From the NCBI GenBank assembly GCA_018819205.1, contig JAHJQE010000036.1, forward strand, positions 1,587 to 65,586: a stretch of 64,000 bases of DNA, given 5' to 3'. Below, piece after piece: positions 47,472 through 57,606 of the stretch. Position numbers and translations under genes: made by a program. The notes under the pieces were generated by a model. That model searched no databases and was not told the DNA's origin. It worked only from the letters and a program-made list of their open reading frames with translations. The stretch's first letter is position 1. Each line of letters begins with the position of its first letter. The DNA is from Gammaproteobacteria bacterium (GTDB lineage: Bacteria; Pseudomonadota; Gammaproteobacteria; Burkholderiales; Gallionellaceae).

Positions 47472-50400
47472 ATGTTCCTTACTTCGACAGGTAAAGCCGC
47501 TCTCTCCTCCTTCCGTCTCGACAAACTGCGCGCAGCACTGGCTGCCACCGGCAGCGGCATCACTCTCGAAGACACCCGACATTGCTACTTCACTGAACTG
47601 TCAGCTGCGCTCGGCGCAGAAGAACACGCCCTGCTGCAACGCTTGCTGAATCTGGATGAACATGCTGGCGCACCCAAGGTCGCAGCGGGCACACAGTCCG
47701 TGCTGATCGTGCCGCGCCTCGGCACCATCTCCCCTTGGTCGTCCAAAGCCACCGACATCGCGCGTCATTGCGCGTTGCCGCAGGTGATGCGCATCGAGCG
47801 CGGCGTCACCTATTACCTGAAGAGCAAGAGCGGCAAGGCGCTGACCGCGGCCGAACAACAAGCCGTGCTGCCCTTGCTGCATGACCGCATGACCGAGTCC
47901 GTGGTGTTCGACACCGACGGTATCGAAGAGAAGATCTTCCAGCACGGCACCCCGCAGCCACTGTCCAGCGTGGACATCCTCGGCGGTGGCAAGGCAGCGC
48001 TGGAGACAGCCAACAAATCCATGGGTCTGGCGCTGTCGCCGGACGAGATCGACTATCTGGTGGAGAACTTCGGCAAGCTGGGGCGCAACCCCACCGACGT
48101 CGAACTGATGATGTTCGCGCAGGCCAACTCCGAGCACTGCCGCCACAAGATCTTCAACGCCGACTGGATCATCGACGACGAAGCGCAGGCCATCTCGCTG
48201 TTCGGCATGATCCGCAATACGCACAAGCTGCACCCGCAAGGCACGGTGATCGCCTATTCGGACAACTGTTCCGTCATCGAAGGCGGCGACTTCGAGCGCT
48301 TCTATCCGCGCGTCGACGGCAGCTACGCATTCAGCAATGAACGCACCCACATCCTGATGAAGGTGGAGACGCACAACCATCCGACCGCCATCGCCCCGTT
48401 CGCGGGTGCGGCCACCGGCAGCGGCGGGGAGATCCGCGACGAAGGTGCGACCGGTATCGGTTCCAAGCCCAAGGCGGGCCTCACCGGTTTCACCGTGTCA
48501 AACCTCAACATCCCCGGTTTCGCACAGCCTTGGGAAGCGGATGCCATCGGCAAGCCGGGCCGCATCGCCTCACCCCTGCAGATCATGATCGACGGCCCGC
48601 TGGGCGGCGCAGCGTTCAACAACGAATTCGGTCGCCCCAACCTCACCGGCTACTTCCGCACCTTCGAAGAGAAGGTGAACGGCGAAGTGCGCGGCTATCA
48701 CAAGCCGATCATGCTGGCCGGCGGCGTGGGCAACATCAGCGACAAGCACACCAAGAAATCCGATCTACCCAAGGGCGCGCTGCTCATCCAACTGGGCGGC
48801 CCCGGCATGCTCATCGGTCTGGGCGGCGGCGCGGCCTCTTCCATGGATACCGGTTCAAACGCCGAGAATCTGGACTTCGATTCCGTGCAGCGCGGCAATC
48901 CAGAGATGGAGCGTCGCGCGCAGGAAGTCATCGACCGCTGCTGGCAGATGGGCGAGAACAATCCCATTCTCTCCATCCACGACGTGGGCGCGGGCGGTAT
49001 CTCCAACGCCTTGCCCGAGCTGGTGCATGGCGGCGGCATGGGGGCGCGTTTCGAACTGCGCGAAGTGCCGAGCGAAGAACACGGCATGTCGCCGATGCAG
49101 ATCTGGAGCAACGAAGCGCAGGAGCGTTACGTGCTCGCCATCCCGGTCGAGCGTCTGGAAGAGTTCCAGGCCATGTGCGAACGCGAGCGTTGCCCGTTCG
49201 CCGTGCTCGGCACGGCGGTGGACGAAGATCGTCTGGTGGTGCACGACAACGAATTCGACAACAACGCCGTCGATATGCCGCTCTCCGTGTTGCTGGGCAA
49301 GCCGCCCAAGATGACGCGCGACGTGAAGCGCGAGCAAGTCGCGCTGAGCAAGTTCGACACCCGCAACATTGCCATCAAGGATGCTGCCGAGCGGGTGCTG
49401 CGTCTGCCATCCGTGGCCGACAAGACCTTCCTCATCTCCATCGGCGACCGCACCGTGGGCGGCTTCACCGCACGCGACCAGATGGTCGGCCCGTGGCAAG
49501 TGCCGGTGGCCGACGTGGCCGTCACCACCTTCGGCTACAACACTTATGCGGGTGAGACCTTCGCCATGGGCGAACGCACGCCCATCGCCGTTATCGACGC
49601 ACCGGCCTCCGGTCGCATGGCCATCGGCGAAGCCATCACCAACATCGCCGCCGCGCAGATCGCCAAGATCGGAGACATCAAGCTCTCCGCCAACTGGATG
49701 GCCCCCGCCGGTCACCACGGCGAAGACGCCGCGCTGTACGACACCGTGAAGGCCGTCGGCATGGAGTTGTGCCCGCAACTCGGCATCAGTATCCCGGTCG
49801 GCAAGGATTCGATGTCGATGAAGACTGCGTGGGAAGAGGGCGGCGAGAAGAAGACCGTCACCGCGCCGCTGTCGCTCATCATCTCCGCCTTCGCCCCCAC
49901 ACCGGACGTGCGCAAGACACTCACCCCGCAACTGGTGGCCGACACCGACACCGTGGTGCTGCTGTTCGACCTGGGTTGTGGCCAGAACCGCCTCGGCGGT
50001 TCCGCACTGGCGCAGGTGTACAAACAAGTGGGCGACATCGCGCCGGACGTGGACGATGCCAACACCCTCAAAGCATTCTTCAACCTGATCCAGCGCTTCA
50101 ACCGCGAAGGCAAACTGCTCGCCTATCACGACCGTTCCGACGGCGGCATGTTCGCCGCGCTGGCAGAGATGAGCTTCGCCTCGCACGTCGGCCTGGATGT
50201 GATGCTCGACGAACTGAAGGACGACGATCTCGCCGTGCTGTTCAACGAAGAACTGGGCGCGCTGGTGCAAGTGCGCCGCGCCGATCTGGCAGACATCTTC
50301 GTGCTGTGCGAAGAAGCCGGGCTGGCCAACGTGCACGAAGTGGCACGCCTCAACACCAGCGGCACGCTCAACGTCATGCGCAACAAGCAGACGATCTACG

Positions 50401-51371
50401 AAGAGAACGCCATCGCGCTGCGTCGCATGTGGTCTGAGACCACCTACCAGATGCAGAAACTGCGCGACAACCCGACCTGCGCGCAACAGGAATACGACCG
50501 CATCCTCGACGCCAAAGACCCCGGCCTGCATGTGAAGCTGAGCTACGACGTGAACGAGAACATCCTCAGCACTCAGCACTCAACGCTCAGCACTGGCCTC
50601 ACCCGTCCCAAGATGGCCGTCCTGCGCGAGCAGGGTGTGAACGGCCATGTTGAGATGGCGGCTGCGTTCGACCGTGCCGGCTTCCAGTCTGTGGACGTAC
50701 ACATGAGTGACATCATCAGCGGCCGTGTGAAGCTGGAAGACTTCAAGGGTGTGGTCGCCTGTGGCGGCTTCTCCTACGGAGACGTGCTGGGTGCGGGAGA
50801 GGGCTGGGCCAAGTCCATCCTGTTCAACCCGCGTGCACGCGATGAGTTCGAAGCCTTTTTCAACCGCAACGACACCTTCGCATTGGGCGTGTGCAACGGC
50901 TGCCAGATGATGAGCAACCTGCACGAGATCATCCCCGGCGCGGACAACTGGGCGCACTTCGGCCGCAACCAGTCCGAGCAATTCGAAGCGCGCTTCGTGA
51001 TGGTGGAAGTGCAGCAGTCGCCTTCCATCCTGTTCGACGGCATGGCCGGTAGCCGCATGCCCATCGTCGTCGCGCACGGCGAAGGCTATGCCGACTTCGG
51101 CAACACCAAGCGTCTGCATGCCGCACAGGAAGTGGTCACCCTGCGTTACATCGACCACTACGGCAAACCGACCACGACTTACCCGCTCAACCCCAATGGC
51201 TCACCGCAAGGCATCACCGGTCTTACCACCGCAGACGGTCGCTTCAGCATCATGATGCCGCACCCCGAGCGCGTGTTCCGTGCCGTGCAGAACTCCTGGT
51301 ATCCGAAGGTGTGGCAAGAGAACGGCGCTTGGTTGCGTATGTTCCAGAATGCCAGGAAGTGGGTGGGATAA
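47472..51371 (+). CDS. purL: Phosphoribosylformylglycinamidine synthase (large type)
   Basis: [35 protein letters not shown]. Confidence 0.99.
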   Translation: MFLTSTGKAALSSFRLDKLRAALAATGSGITLEDTRHCYFTELSAALGAEEHALLQRLLNLDEHAGAPKVAAGTQSVLIVPRLGTISPWSSKATDIARHCALPQVMRIERGVTYYLKSKSGKALTAAEQQAVLPLLHDRMTESVVFDTDGIEEKIFQHGTPQPLSSVDILGGGKAALETANKSMGLALSPDEIDYLVENFGKLGRNPTDVELMMFAQANSEHCRHKIFNADWIIDDEAQAISLFGMIRNTHKLHPQGTVIAYSDNCSVIEGGDFERFYPRVDGSYAFSNERTHILMKVETHNHPTAIAPFAGAATGSGGEIRDEGATGIGSKPKAGLTGFTVSNLNIPGFAQPWEADAIGKPGRIASPLQIMIDGPLGGAAFNNEFGRPNLTGYFRTFEEKVNGEVRGYHKPIMLAGGVGNISDKHTKKSDLPKGALLIQLGGPGMLIGLGGGAASSMDTGSNAENLDFDSVQRGNPEMERRAQEVIDRCWQMGENNPILSIHDVGAGGISNALPELVHGGGMGARFELREVPSEEHGMSPMQIWSNEAQERYVLAIPVERLEEFQAMCERERCPFAVLGTAVDEDRLVVHDNEFDNNAVDMPLSVLLGKPPKMTRDVKREQVALSKFDTRNIAIKDAAERVLRLPSVADKTFLISIGDRTVGGFTARDQMVGPWQVPVADVAVTTFGYNTYAGETFAMGERTPIAVIDAPASGRMAIGEAITNIAAAQIAKIGDIKLSANWMAPAGHHGEDAALYDTVKAVGMELCPQLGISIPVGKDSMSMKTAWEEGGEKKTVTAPLSLIISAFAPTPDVRKTLTPQLVADTDTVVLLFDLGCGQNRLGGSALAQVYKQVGDIAPDVDDANTLKAFFNLIQRFNREGKLLAYHDRSDGGMFAALAEMSFASHVGLDVMLDELKDDDLAVLFNEELGALVQVRRADLADIFVLCEEAGLANVHEVARLNTSGTLNVMRNKQTIYEENAIALRRMWSETTYQMQKLRDNPTCAQQEYDRILDAKDPGLHVKLSYDVNENILSTQHSTLSTGLTRPKMAVLREQGVNGHVEMAAAFDRAGFQSVDVHMSDIISGRVKLEDFKGVVACGGFSYGDVLGAGEGWAKSILFNPRARDEFEAFFNRNDTFALGVCNGCQMMSNLHEIIPGADNWAHFGRNQSEQFEARFVMVEVQQSPSILFDGMAGSRMPIVVAHGEGYADFGNTKRLHAAQEVVTLRYIDHYGKPTTTYPLNPNGSPQGITGLTTADGRFSIMMPHPERVFRAVQNSWYPKVWQENGAWLRMFQNARKWVG
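50566..50593 (+). repeat. 4x heptamer tandem repeat TCAGCAC within purL
   Basis: TCAGCAC TCAGCAC TCAACGC TCAGCAC, read as STQHSTLST. Confidence 0.75.
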
Positions 51372-51393
51372 GTTAGGAGTTGTAGAGGGAATT

Positions 51394-51421
51394 AAAAAGG
51401 CGACCGGTAGGTCGCCTTTTT
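51394..51421. terminator. Bidirectional intrinsic terminator between purL and convergent gene
   Basis: AAAAAGGCGACC-GGTA-GGTCGCCTTTTT. Confidence 0.9.
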
Positions 51422-51438
51422 ATTGGAGCTAACAAAAT

Positions 51439-52221
51439 TTACAAACTCTCTACATTTGAACCGTTCTTTGTAGCTGTGGTACGCAAGGATTTTGATGCGG
51501 CTTTCGCAATTTTCTTTCGTGCTTCATCTGCTTTTTCGCCTTCAATTACTTCACGTTTTATGACTTCATTCAGGAGTACATCTTTTATTTGCTCAATATC
51601 GATGCGTACATCCGGAGAAATACGGTGCAATTCCCGGCGAATGATTTTTAGAACATCGTCTGTTTGAAGCATGGCTCCGACAAAAAATCGGGAGAGAGCT
51701 TGTTGCTGATTGTGATATTCGCCAAGAACAGAATGTTGCCAGCCTTCTTTACACCATAGGTAAAGCATTTCAAGATCGTGCTGGCTGCGAATATTCAAGG
51801 TGGTAAAGTCAATATTGACTACTAATTCACTAGAAATGGGTTTTGAAAAAGTCAGGTGATAAACGCGCCAGCAGATACCGTTTGTGAGCAATACCCAATC
51901 CACCCCTTGATTGGCTGCGTAATCGACCGCTTGTTTAACATGCTGGTCCTTTAAGTCCAATCCAATGGCTTTTACTTCAATAAGGGTTTGCAGACGACCA
52001 TTTACTTTGGTGGCTAAATCACAATAAGTACCCCTGATAGCATATTCGGAAGTTAGCTCAGAGTATTTGTCGTATCCAAAGATATCTTGGAACATATCCT
52101 TGATGATCGTGACAGTATCCGCTTCACCTACATCACGTGATTTCGCGGCTTCAAGAATTGGTTGGTATTTTTTGATGCCACTTACCAGTCGCTCAGCAAC
52201 TTTCTTTGGAATAGAAGCCAT
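51439..52221 (-). CDS. Stand-alone HsdR N-terminal-like PD-(D/E)xK nuclease
   Basis: EADT...CDL...LIEVK...QAVDY...LLTNG; visibly AT-richer than core genes. Confidence 0.8.
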   Translation of the reverse strand: MASIPKKVAERLVSGIKKYQPILEAAKSRDVGEADTVTIIKDMFQDIFGYDKYSELTSEYAIRGTYCDLATKVNGRLQTLIEVKAIGLDLKDQHVKQAVDYAANQGVDWVLLTNGICWRVYHLTFSKPISSELVVNIDFTTLNIRSQHDLEMLYLWCKEGWQHSVLGEYHNQQQALSRFFVGAMLQTDDVLKIIRRELHRISPDVRIDIEQIKDVLLNEVIKREVIEGEKADEARKKIAKAASKSLRTTATKNGSNVESL

Positions 52222-52284
52222 CGTTTTCCCCTTTTGCGAACAAGTTATGTGCTAACACTGTTCCCGTCAGTGCGGGAATCACGT

Positions 52285-52406
52285 CTTGCGCCAGCCTCCT
52301 GTTCCGGGGATTTCGCTGCGTGCCTCGCGCCGTTCGTGCGGGGCGATGTGCGTTGAGCGAATCTGCAAGTGCTCGAACTCTAGGACAGCGGTGCGGGCGG
52401 TGTCAA
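52285..52406 (-). ncRNA. Repeated promoter-leader module, copy 1
   Basis: TTGACA-N18-TAGAGT then structured core 52285-52369. Confidence 0.75.
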
Positions 52407-52445
52407 TCGATGTTTGCACCGCTAGGTTTCCTGTCCCGCTAACTG

Positions 52446-53054
52446 TCAGAAATTGTAGATGCCTATGTAGTGCGTGGTTTTCTGCTGTTCGTCCTTGATG
52501 GCGGTGATGGTGAGCCAGAAGGGGTGGAGGATGCGACCGTCCTTGTTCTTGATGCGTATCTCGCCGCACCATGAACCTCTTTCATGCAGTCGCTTCCACA
52601 TCTGTTCATAGAAGGGTTTGTCATGCATGCCGGATTTGAAGATACGCGGATTCTTTCCTACGATCTCGTCCATGGTGTAGCCTGATTTGGTCAGGAACTT
52701 CTCGTTGGCCCGGATGATGTTGGCATCGGCATCGGTGATGATGGTGGGGTCCTTGATCTCGAAAGCGACAGCGGCGATGCGCAGATCATCCTCTATCAGT
52801 CTGGATTCGGCGATGCGTCTGATCAAAGGCCTGAAGATCAGATAGTAGAAGAAGGGGAAGAGCAGCAGAGACAGCAAAGCGGAATCCAGCAAGGTGCTGT
52901 TCATTCTGCTCATGGGTGGGAGCAGACGCACCACTTCCATCACGAACGCTTCGCTGAAAAACACTGCCGCGATCAGGATGATCAGCAGTCTCTTTACCGA
53001 CTGATGGGTTTCTTTTTTTTGATGCTCTTGCGGAGCTGATAGATGATTGGACAT
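52446..53054 (-). CDS. 2-TM plus PAS sensor protein with no output domain
   Basis: IITDADANIIRAN, GKNPRIFKSG, WCGEIRIKNKDG; ends right at PAS C-terminus. Confidence 0.8.
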   Translation of the reverse strand: MSNHLSAPQEHQKKETHQSVKRLLIILIAAVFFSEAFVMEVVRLLPPMSRMNSTLLDSALLSLLLFPFFYYLIFRPLIRRIAESRLIEDDLRIAAVAFEIKDPTIITDADANIIRANEKFLTKSGYTMDEIVGKNPRIFKSGMHDKPFYEQMWKRLHERGSWCGEIRIKNKDGRILHPFWLTITAIKDEQQKTTHYIGIYNF

Positions 53055-53219
53055 GGTGGCCTCGCTGTTATTTGATCGTCATGCAGACAAACCGGCGACA
53101 TTCATGATTCTTCCGGGTGCGATGTGAGGCCGGTGTGTTTGCGTTCGGGTGTTTTCACATTGCTTAACAGTCCGTGCGTGCGCTGCGAAGTAAGTAGAGC
53201 GCATCAGCGACCTGATTGA

Positions 53220-53248
53220 ACTGTAGGCCTGGTGGTCACGACTGTCAA
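53220..53248 (-). promoter_or_regulatory. Putative sigma70 promoter of the PAS gene
   Basis: TTGACA-N17-TACAGT. Confidence 0.55.
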
Positions 53249-53332
53249 CGCTGCAAACAGGGTTGTGTGATCTGGGTTGATTGATACACTTCGCGCATGG
53301 CCCTGTGGGCATCCATACGAAGAGGCGTGCAC

Positions 53333-53989
53333 ATGAAAAAGGAATTCTGGCTGGAGCGGTGGGAGCGCGCGGAGATCGGCTTCCATCAGGAGGAAGTGAA
53401 TCCGTATTTGCTGAAGTATTGGGGCGAGTTACATGAGGCAAAGGGCGGCGAAGTGTTCGTTCCTTTGTGCGGCAAGAGCCTGGATATGCTGTGGCTGCGC
53501 CAGCAGGGGCATGATGTGCTGGGTGTGGAACTGAGTCCGATCGCGGTGCGCGATTTCTTTGCCGAGAGCAATCTGACGTTGACGCATACAAGCGAAGGCC
53601 ACTTCGATCGTTGTGAGGCGGATGGTATCCGTATCCTGTGCGGTGATTTCTTCGAACTGTCACGCGATCATCTGTCGCGGGTGAGTGCGGTGTTCGACCG
53701 TGCCTCGCTGGTGGCGCTGCCGCCGGAGATGCGCGAACGCTATGCGCGCCACCTGGCGGAGATATTGCCTTCCGGTACGCAGACCCTGCTGGTGACGTTC
53801 GATTATCCGCAGCAGGAGATGCCGGGGCCGCCATTCGCGGTGTCGGTGGAGGAGGTGCGGGCGCTCTACAGCGCGTATGCCGATATCCGTTTGCTGGCGC
53901 AGGAGGATATCCTGGATCGTGAACCGCGCTTCAAGGTGCGCGGTGTGACGAGGATGCAGGAGAACATCTTCTTGCTGACGATCAACTAG
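53333..53989 (+). CDS. tpm: Thiopurine S-methyltransferase
   Basis: FWLERW, VPLCGKSLDM, FDRASLVALP, GPPFAV. Confidence 0.93.
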   Translation: MKKEFWLERWERAEIGFHQEEVNPYLLKYWGELHEAKGGEVFVPLCGKSLDMLWLRQQGHDVLGVELSPIAVRDFFAESNLTLTHTSEGHFDRCEADGIRILCGDFFELSRDHLSRVSAVFDRASLVALPPEMRERYARHLAEILPSGTQTLLVTFDYPQQEMPGPPFAVSVEEVRALYSAYADIRLLAQEDILDREPRFKVRGVTRMQENIFLLTIN

Positions 53990-54072
53990 TTCCCATGTTG
54001 AGGTTGGCGTATCGACAGGTGATGGTTTACATGCCTTGCCCGTGGTCGATCAGCCTGATTTGGTGAGTGCGC

Positions 54073-55092
54073 TTAACGATAAGCCCCGCATCGGCTGTAT
54101 GCGGCATGAGTGGTCACGTTAGGTATGGTCAGTTGTTGATTGACGCAGCTCCAGTATCTTTTTTCTTTCTGGAGGCTCATCTCTTCTGCTCGCTTTTCCT
54201 GTTGCAATCTGCGTTCTTCAGCTTGTTCGCGTTGCAGTCTTAACCTTTCTTGCTCGGTCTCATAGCGCCTTTCCTGTTCATATCTTTGCTGATCAAGTGT
54301 GCGTGTTCGCAATTCGTATTCCTGCCGTTGGCGCTCCATTGCTATTTCAGCTGCTGATTGCTTAATGTCGATATCTGCATAGGTTTCAACTCTATCTGTT
54401 TCGGTGGTGGCGTTGGCAAAATCGCGCTGGATATCTACGACTTCCTTCTGAATCGAATGTGAGTTCTTTGCCTTGAAAAAGTCGAGACCGAGGTATCCCA
54501 GCAGGACGAGAGAAAGTACTCCTATGACCACTGAACCTTTATGACCGGACAACCAAGTGGTGGCTTTTGGCAGGTCTTCATAATCGACCAGGTTATTCCT
54601 TCGCGTCATTTCATTGTTGACGCTTTCGAGGAGCTTGCGGTCATACTGTTCGCGCAAGCTCGGATCGCCCAATACCCTTTTTGCATAATTGAATTCCGAG
54701 ATGGAAGTTGCGGAAGCGATCTGATTATCCACTTCACGTTCAGCGATGGTTGAGGCGACCGTGGCATCCGATGCATCTGCGCCCAGTCCCAGCGTGATAT
54801 AGAGACTGGATTTCTTGGTTATGGCCAATTTCCGTTTGAGCTCGGCGCGCAATCTGTCTAATTCTGTGTTGCCTTGTGTGAAACTTGGCTGAATTGGATT
54901 GGAGTTGGTTGCCGGGACCGTATTCAGTGAGGGGGTTCGAAGCAGATCACGGTATCTGAGGCGGATATAGGCAGCTTTGGTTTTATCGATATCAGCGTCT
55001 GAAATTGCCAATGCTTGAGTCCAGATAGCCGGGTCGGTTTTATTCGACGCAAGTTCATCTGAAATGATTTGGTAATAGACCTTGTCTGACAT
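54073..55092 (-). CDS. Hypothetical membrane protein with degenerate J-like segment and coiled coil
   Basis: LYITLGLGADAS...VLGDPSLREQYD, one TM, E/R/Q-rich tail; AT-richer; start could be 55161. Confidence 0.7.
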   Translation of the reverse strand: MSDKVYYQIISDELASNKTDPAIWTQALAISDADIDKTKAAYIRLRYRDLLRTPSLNTVPATNSNPIQPSFTQGNTELDRLRAELKRKLAITKKSSLYITLGLGADASDATVASTIAEREVDNQIASATSISEFNYAKRVLGDPSLREQYDRKLLESVNNEMTRRNNLVDYEDLPKATTWLSGHKGSVVIGVLSLVLLGYLGLDFFKAKNSHSIQKEVVDIQRDFANATTETDRVETYADIDIKQSAAEIAMERQRQEYELRTRTLDQQRYEQERRYETEQERLRLQREQAEERRLQQEKRAEEMSLQKEKRYWSCVNQQLTIPNVTTHAAYSRCGAYR

Positions 55093-55367
55093 TTGTAATG
55101 TTCCAGGTTGGTAGCTGTCTGTCTTTCTTGGATGCAATTGTTTTTTTAGCTTGCATTCCAATGAATCCGAACTGTCAGGAAAATTAACATAAATCTCCGC
55201 AGTAAGTTTGTGGAAATATATCTATATATAGGGGCCTGCAGATATAGATATTGCATGGCAGAAAAAGAGTGCGGGATGGGCGTGAGACTGCATCTGGCAA
55301 GTCGCCGATGCAGATGCTCAGCACAATTTCATGGATGAATAGGCTGGATGCGATTCAAAATACATGG

Positions 55368-55943
55368 CTAAACGACAGTGAGCCCGAGCGAGCACCAGTC
55401 CTGCATGCCGCCGCGGTACCACTTCAATTTCACGGCGGGGTAGCCGAGTGCGAGCAGGGTGCGGATGTAGTTGGGCGTCTGGCCGCACCATGGGCCGTTG
55501 CAGAAGATGGCGAGGTTGCGGGCGTGGCTGAAGTCGAAACCTGCATTGATTTCTTCCACACCGAACAGCTCCAGCAATGTCTTTTTCACACCTGGCAGGT
55601 CGGTCGGTTGTCCGGCCATGTTCTGTACAAAGGGCACGTTCATCGAGCCGGGGATGGTGACTTTCTCATACCAGTCCGCTGTGCGTGAATCGATCACCAT
55701 GCATTGCGTGTCGCCCGCGTGGATGCGCTGCAGATAGTCCAGCATTTCCAGTTCGCCGAATGTCTCGACGCCCTCAGCCAGTCGCATCGGCTGGATGCAG
55801 TAGGGCGGGCAGGCGCGCGCGGTGGGCGCATACTCGGCACGGATGGTGGCGGAAGGGTCTTGTTCGCGCTGGATGGCGACGGGCTGGCCGTGGTGCAGCA
55901 CCGTAACCGTGGGCAGGCCCACGGTGATTTGGTATTCGGTCAT
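55368..55943 (-). CDS. Rhodanese-like sulfurtransferase (SoxL-like)
   Basis: CPPYCIQP, IDSRT, TIPGS, FCNGPWCGQT, WYRGGMQDW. Confidence 0.85.
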   Translation of the reverse strand: MTEYQITVGLPTVTVLHHGQPVAIQREQDPSATIRAEYAPTARACPPYCIQPMRLAEGVETFGELEMLDYLQRIHAGDTQCMVIDSRTADWYEKVTIPGSMNVPFVQNMAGQPTDLPGVKKTLLELFGVEEINAGFDFSHARNLAIFCNGPWCGQTPNYIRTLLALGYPAVKLKWYRGGMQDWCSLGLTVV

Positions 55944-56007
55944 GCATTGTTTCCGATGATGGTGTTAAACGGGATTGAGGGCCGTCAGGCCCGGCCTTCA
56001 TTGTTGG

Positions 56008-56166
56008 CTACCCACCGGCAGCTGCCTTTTCCTTGGCACATTCCGGGCAGCCTTCACTCGGCAGGAAGACCAGACCGTGCTTGGGGCAGCGTTGCAGGAT
56101 GACGGTCTTGCCGTCGTGCTCGCCTTCTTCGTTGATGATGATGGAGTCGTCGTCGGGGTGGGTCAT
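56008..56166 (-). CDS. 52-aa putative zinc-binding microprotein (below ORF-track cutoff)
   Basis: Hand translation MTHPDDDSIIINEEGEHDGKTVILQRCPKHGLVFLPSEGCPECAKEKAAAGG; GAGGAGG SD. Confidence 0.7.
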   Translation of the reverse strand: MTHPDDDSIIINEEGEHDGKTVILQRCPKHGLVFLPSEGCPECAKEKAAAGG

Positions 56167-56220
56167 GGTTTCCTCCTCTTTTAATGGAATGCGCCGTAAC
56201 GATCGCTACTTGGCTTTCAT

Positions 56221-56484
56221 TTAATCAGGGCCAAACAGTTCATCCAGCGGGTTCTTGCCAGTGGGTGCATAGGCAGATACTTTTTTCACTGTGAACTCTT
56301 CTTCGATGTTGTCGCGGAAGAAACTCCATGCCGCACCCGAACTGCTGAGCCTGCGCCAGAGGTCTTCTCCGACACCAAGATATTGCAATGTGTCGCCATT
56401 GTCGAGTTGAACTTGCAGCGTGCGCGCCCGTGCATCGTAGCCGATGGCGCGCAACTTGCCGGAGTTGATCTTCTTCATTTCCAT
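56221..56484 (-). CDS. KTSC domain protein
   Basis: SGKLRAIGYD...LQVQL...QY...WSFFRDNI. Confidence 0.85.
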   Translation of the reverse strand: MEMKKINSGKLRAIGYDARARTLQVQLDNGDTLQYLGVGEDLWRRLSSSGAAWSFFRDNIEEEFTVKKVSAYAPTGKNPLDELFGPD

Positions 56485-56504
56485 GCGCCTGCTCCTTCAG
56501 TGGT

Positions 56505-57398
56505 TCACTGCAGGATAAACGAAGTCTTCAACGGCAGGTTGATGTGTCCGACGTTGTCCTTGAGGGTGATGCTGACTTGCCACACACCGTACGGATCGTT
56601 CTGTTCACCGATGAATTTGATGATCGGCGCTGAGAGGTAGAGATAGTTCGGCTGGCCTTTGAGTGTACCTTTGAAACAAGTGGCATCAGTCTGCTGGAAT
56701 GAGGCAATACCGTCCGGTTTGCGCAGGTCGATATCGCATGTGATATCGGCAACCCCACGATCGTCGAGTTTGGGGTTGCTGAAGAAGGTGAGGGCGTAGA
56801 CGGGCTTACCTTTTGAGATGGTTTCGGCCATGCTGAAGTGCGGGATGGAGGCAGGCTCTGTTTTCCATTTCCTTTCCCAGTCGGTATCAGCGGTGACGAG
56901 CAGCCAACCGCCAAATCCATTCTGAACTTTTCTGGAATCGGAATCTGGTTCTAAGCGTCCCTGAGCGTCTTTCCACCCTGAGTCGAGTCTTTTGAGCTGG
57001 ATCTGGACGGGTTGCGACATCATCATCAGCGCGACCAGGGTGTATTCCTTTTCGCCGGGACGGAAGATGGAATCTTGCCGACAGAACGCGAACGCGTGGT
57101 TATGGACGCAGGAAGGATGGGTATCGTTCAGTTCGTTCTCGCTAAAGAAGCGTGCCAAGTCGTGCGCTTTGGACTCTTTCAGCAGGCAGTTGCGCGCACA
57201 GGTGGCGCTGGCCCAAGTGCCGTCCGGTTGGCGTTGCTCGACATTCCACTGGCCCTCGTTATGCGAGACGAAGAAGGTGAAGTCGGTGATGTGTCCGTCA
57301 CGATGCATTACGGCGTAGTTGCCGCTGTCTGTTTGATCGAGCGCGGATGCGTTAAGCATGAAGCTGAAGAGCGCGAAAAATGCTATGCGGTGAATCAT
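56505..57398 (-). CDS. Secreted hypothetical protein (start re-set to MIHRIAFF)
   Basis: AAAGGGG SD, signal-peptide-like N-terminus; the ORF-track upstream extension crosses the leader module. Confidence 0.7.
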   Translation of the reverse strand: MIHRIAFFALFSFMLNASALDQTDSGNYAVMHRDGHITDFTFFVSHNEGQWNVEQRQPDGTWASATCARNCLLKESKAHDLARFFSENELNDTHPSCVHNHAFAFCRQDSIFRPGEKEYTLVALMMMSQPVQIQLKRLDSGWKDAQGRLEPDSDSRKVQNGFGGWLLVTADTDWERKWKTEPASIPHFSMAETISKGKPVYALTFFSNPKLDDRGVADITCDIDLRKPDGIASFQQTDATCFKGTLKGQPNYLYLSAPIIKFIGEQNDPYGVWQVSITLKDNVGHINLPLKTSFILQ

Positions 57399-57459
57399 GA
57401 AGTCCCCTTTATTGCGAACTGGATCAATCTGGCTGCTCCCGTCATGGCGGGAATCATGT

Positions 57460-57580
57460 CTTGCGCCAGCCTCCTGTTCCGGGGATCTCGTCTTTGGCCC
57501 CACACCGTGCATGCGGTGCGATGTGCCTTGTACGAACTGCAAGTTGTGTATGAATGTAGGGGGAAGTAGGGGAGCTGTCA
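57460..57580 (-). ncRNA. Repeated promoter-leader module, copy 2
   Basis: TTGACA-N16-TACATT then structured core 57460-57543. Confidence 0.75.
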
Positions 57581-57606
57581 ATGGATGAGGAAGTACCATT
57601 TCCGTG

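Noticed and set aside
52285-52310. Plus-strand CCAGCCTCCT resembling HDV ribozyme P3/L3
   Set aside because: Lacks the pairing CTGG and the rest of the double pseudoknot; promoters point to the minus strand
51428-52443. Three minus-strand GTTAGC hexamers near the ends of the nuclease and PAS genes as integron attC cores
   Set aside because: No paired RYYYAAC...GTTRRRY with L boxes could be built and there is no intI in the window; HattCI or IntegronFinder would settle it
53079-53219. Long leader of the PAS gene as a fifth module copy
   Set aside because: Has a similar promoter and a CACATCGCACC fragment but lacks the CTTGC/GCAAG ends and the invariant 3' block
55218-55251. 10-bp AT-rich inverted repeat ATATCTATAT/ATATAGATAT
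   Set aside because: Single low-complexity instance; cannot tell an operator from chance
57450-57476. GGAGG in the leader as an SD for a leader peptide
   Set aside because: ATG/GTG follows only in copies 1 and 2, at 12-nt spacing, and is absent in copies 3 and 4
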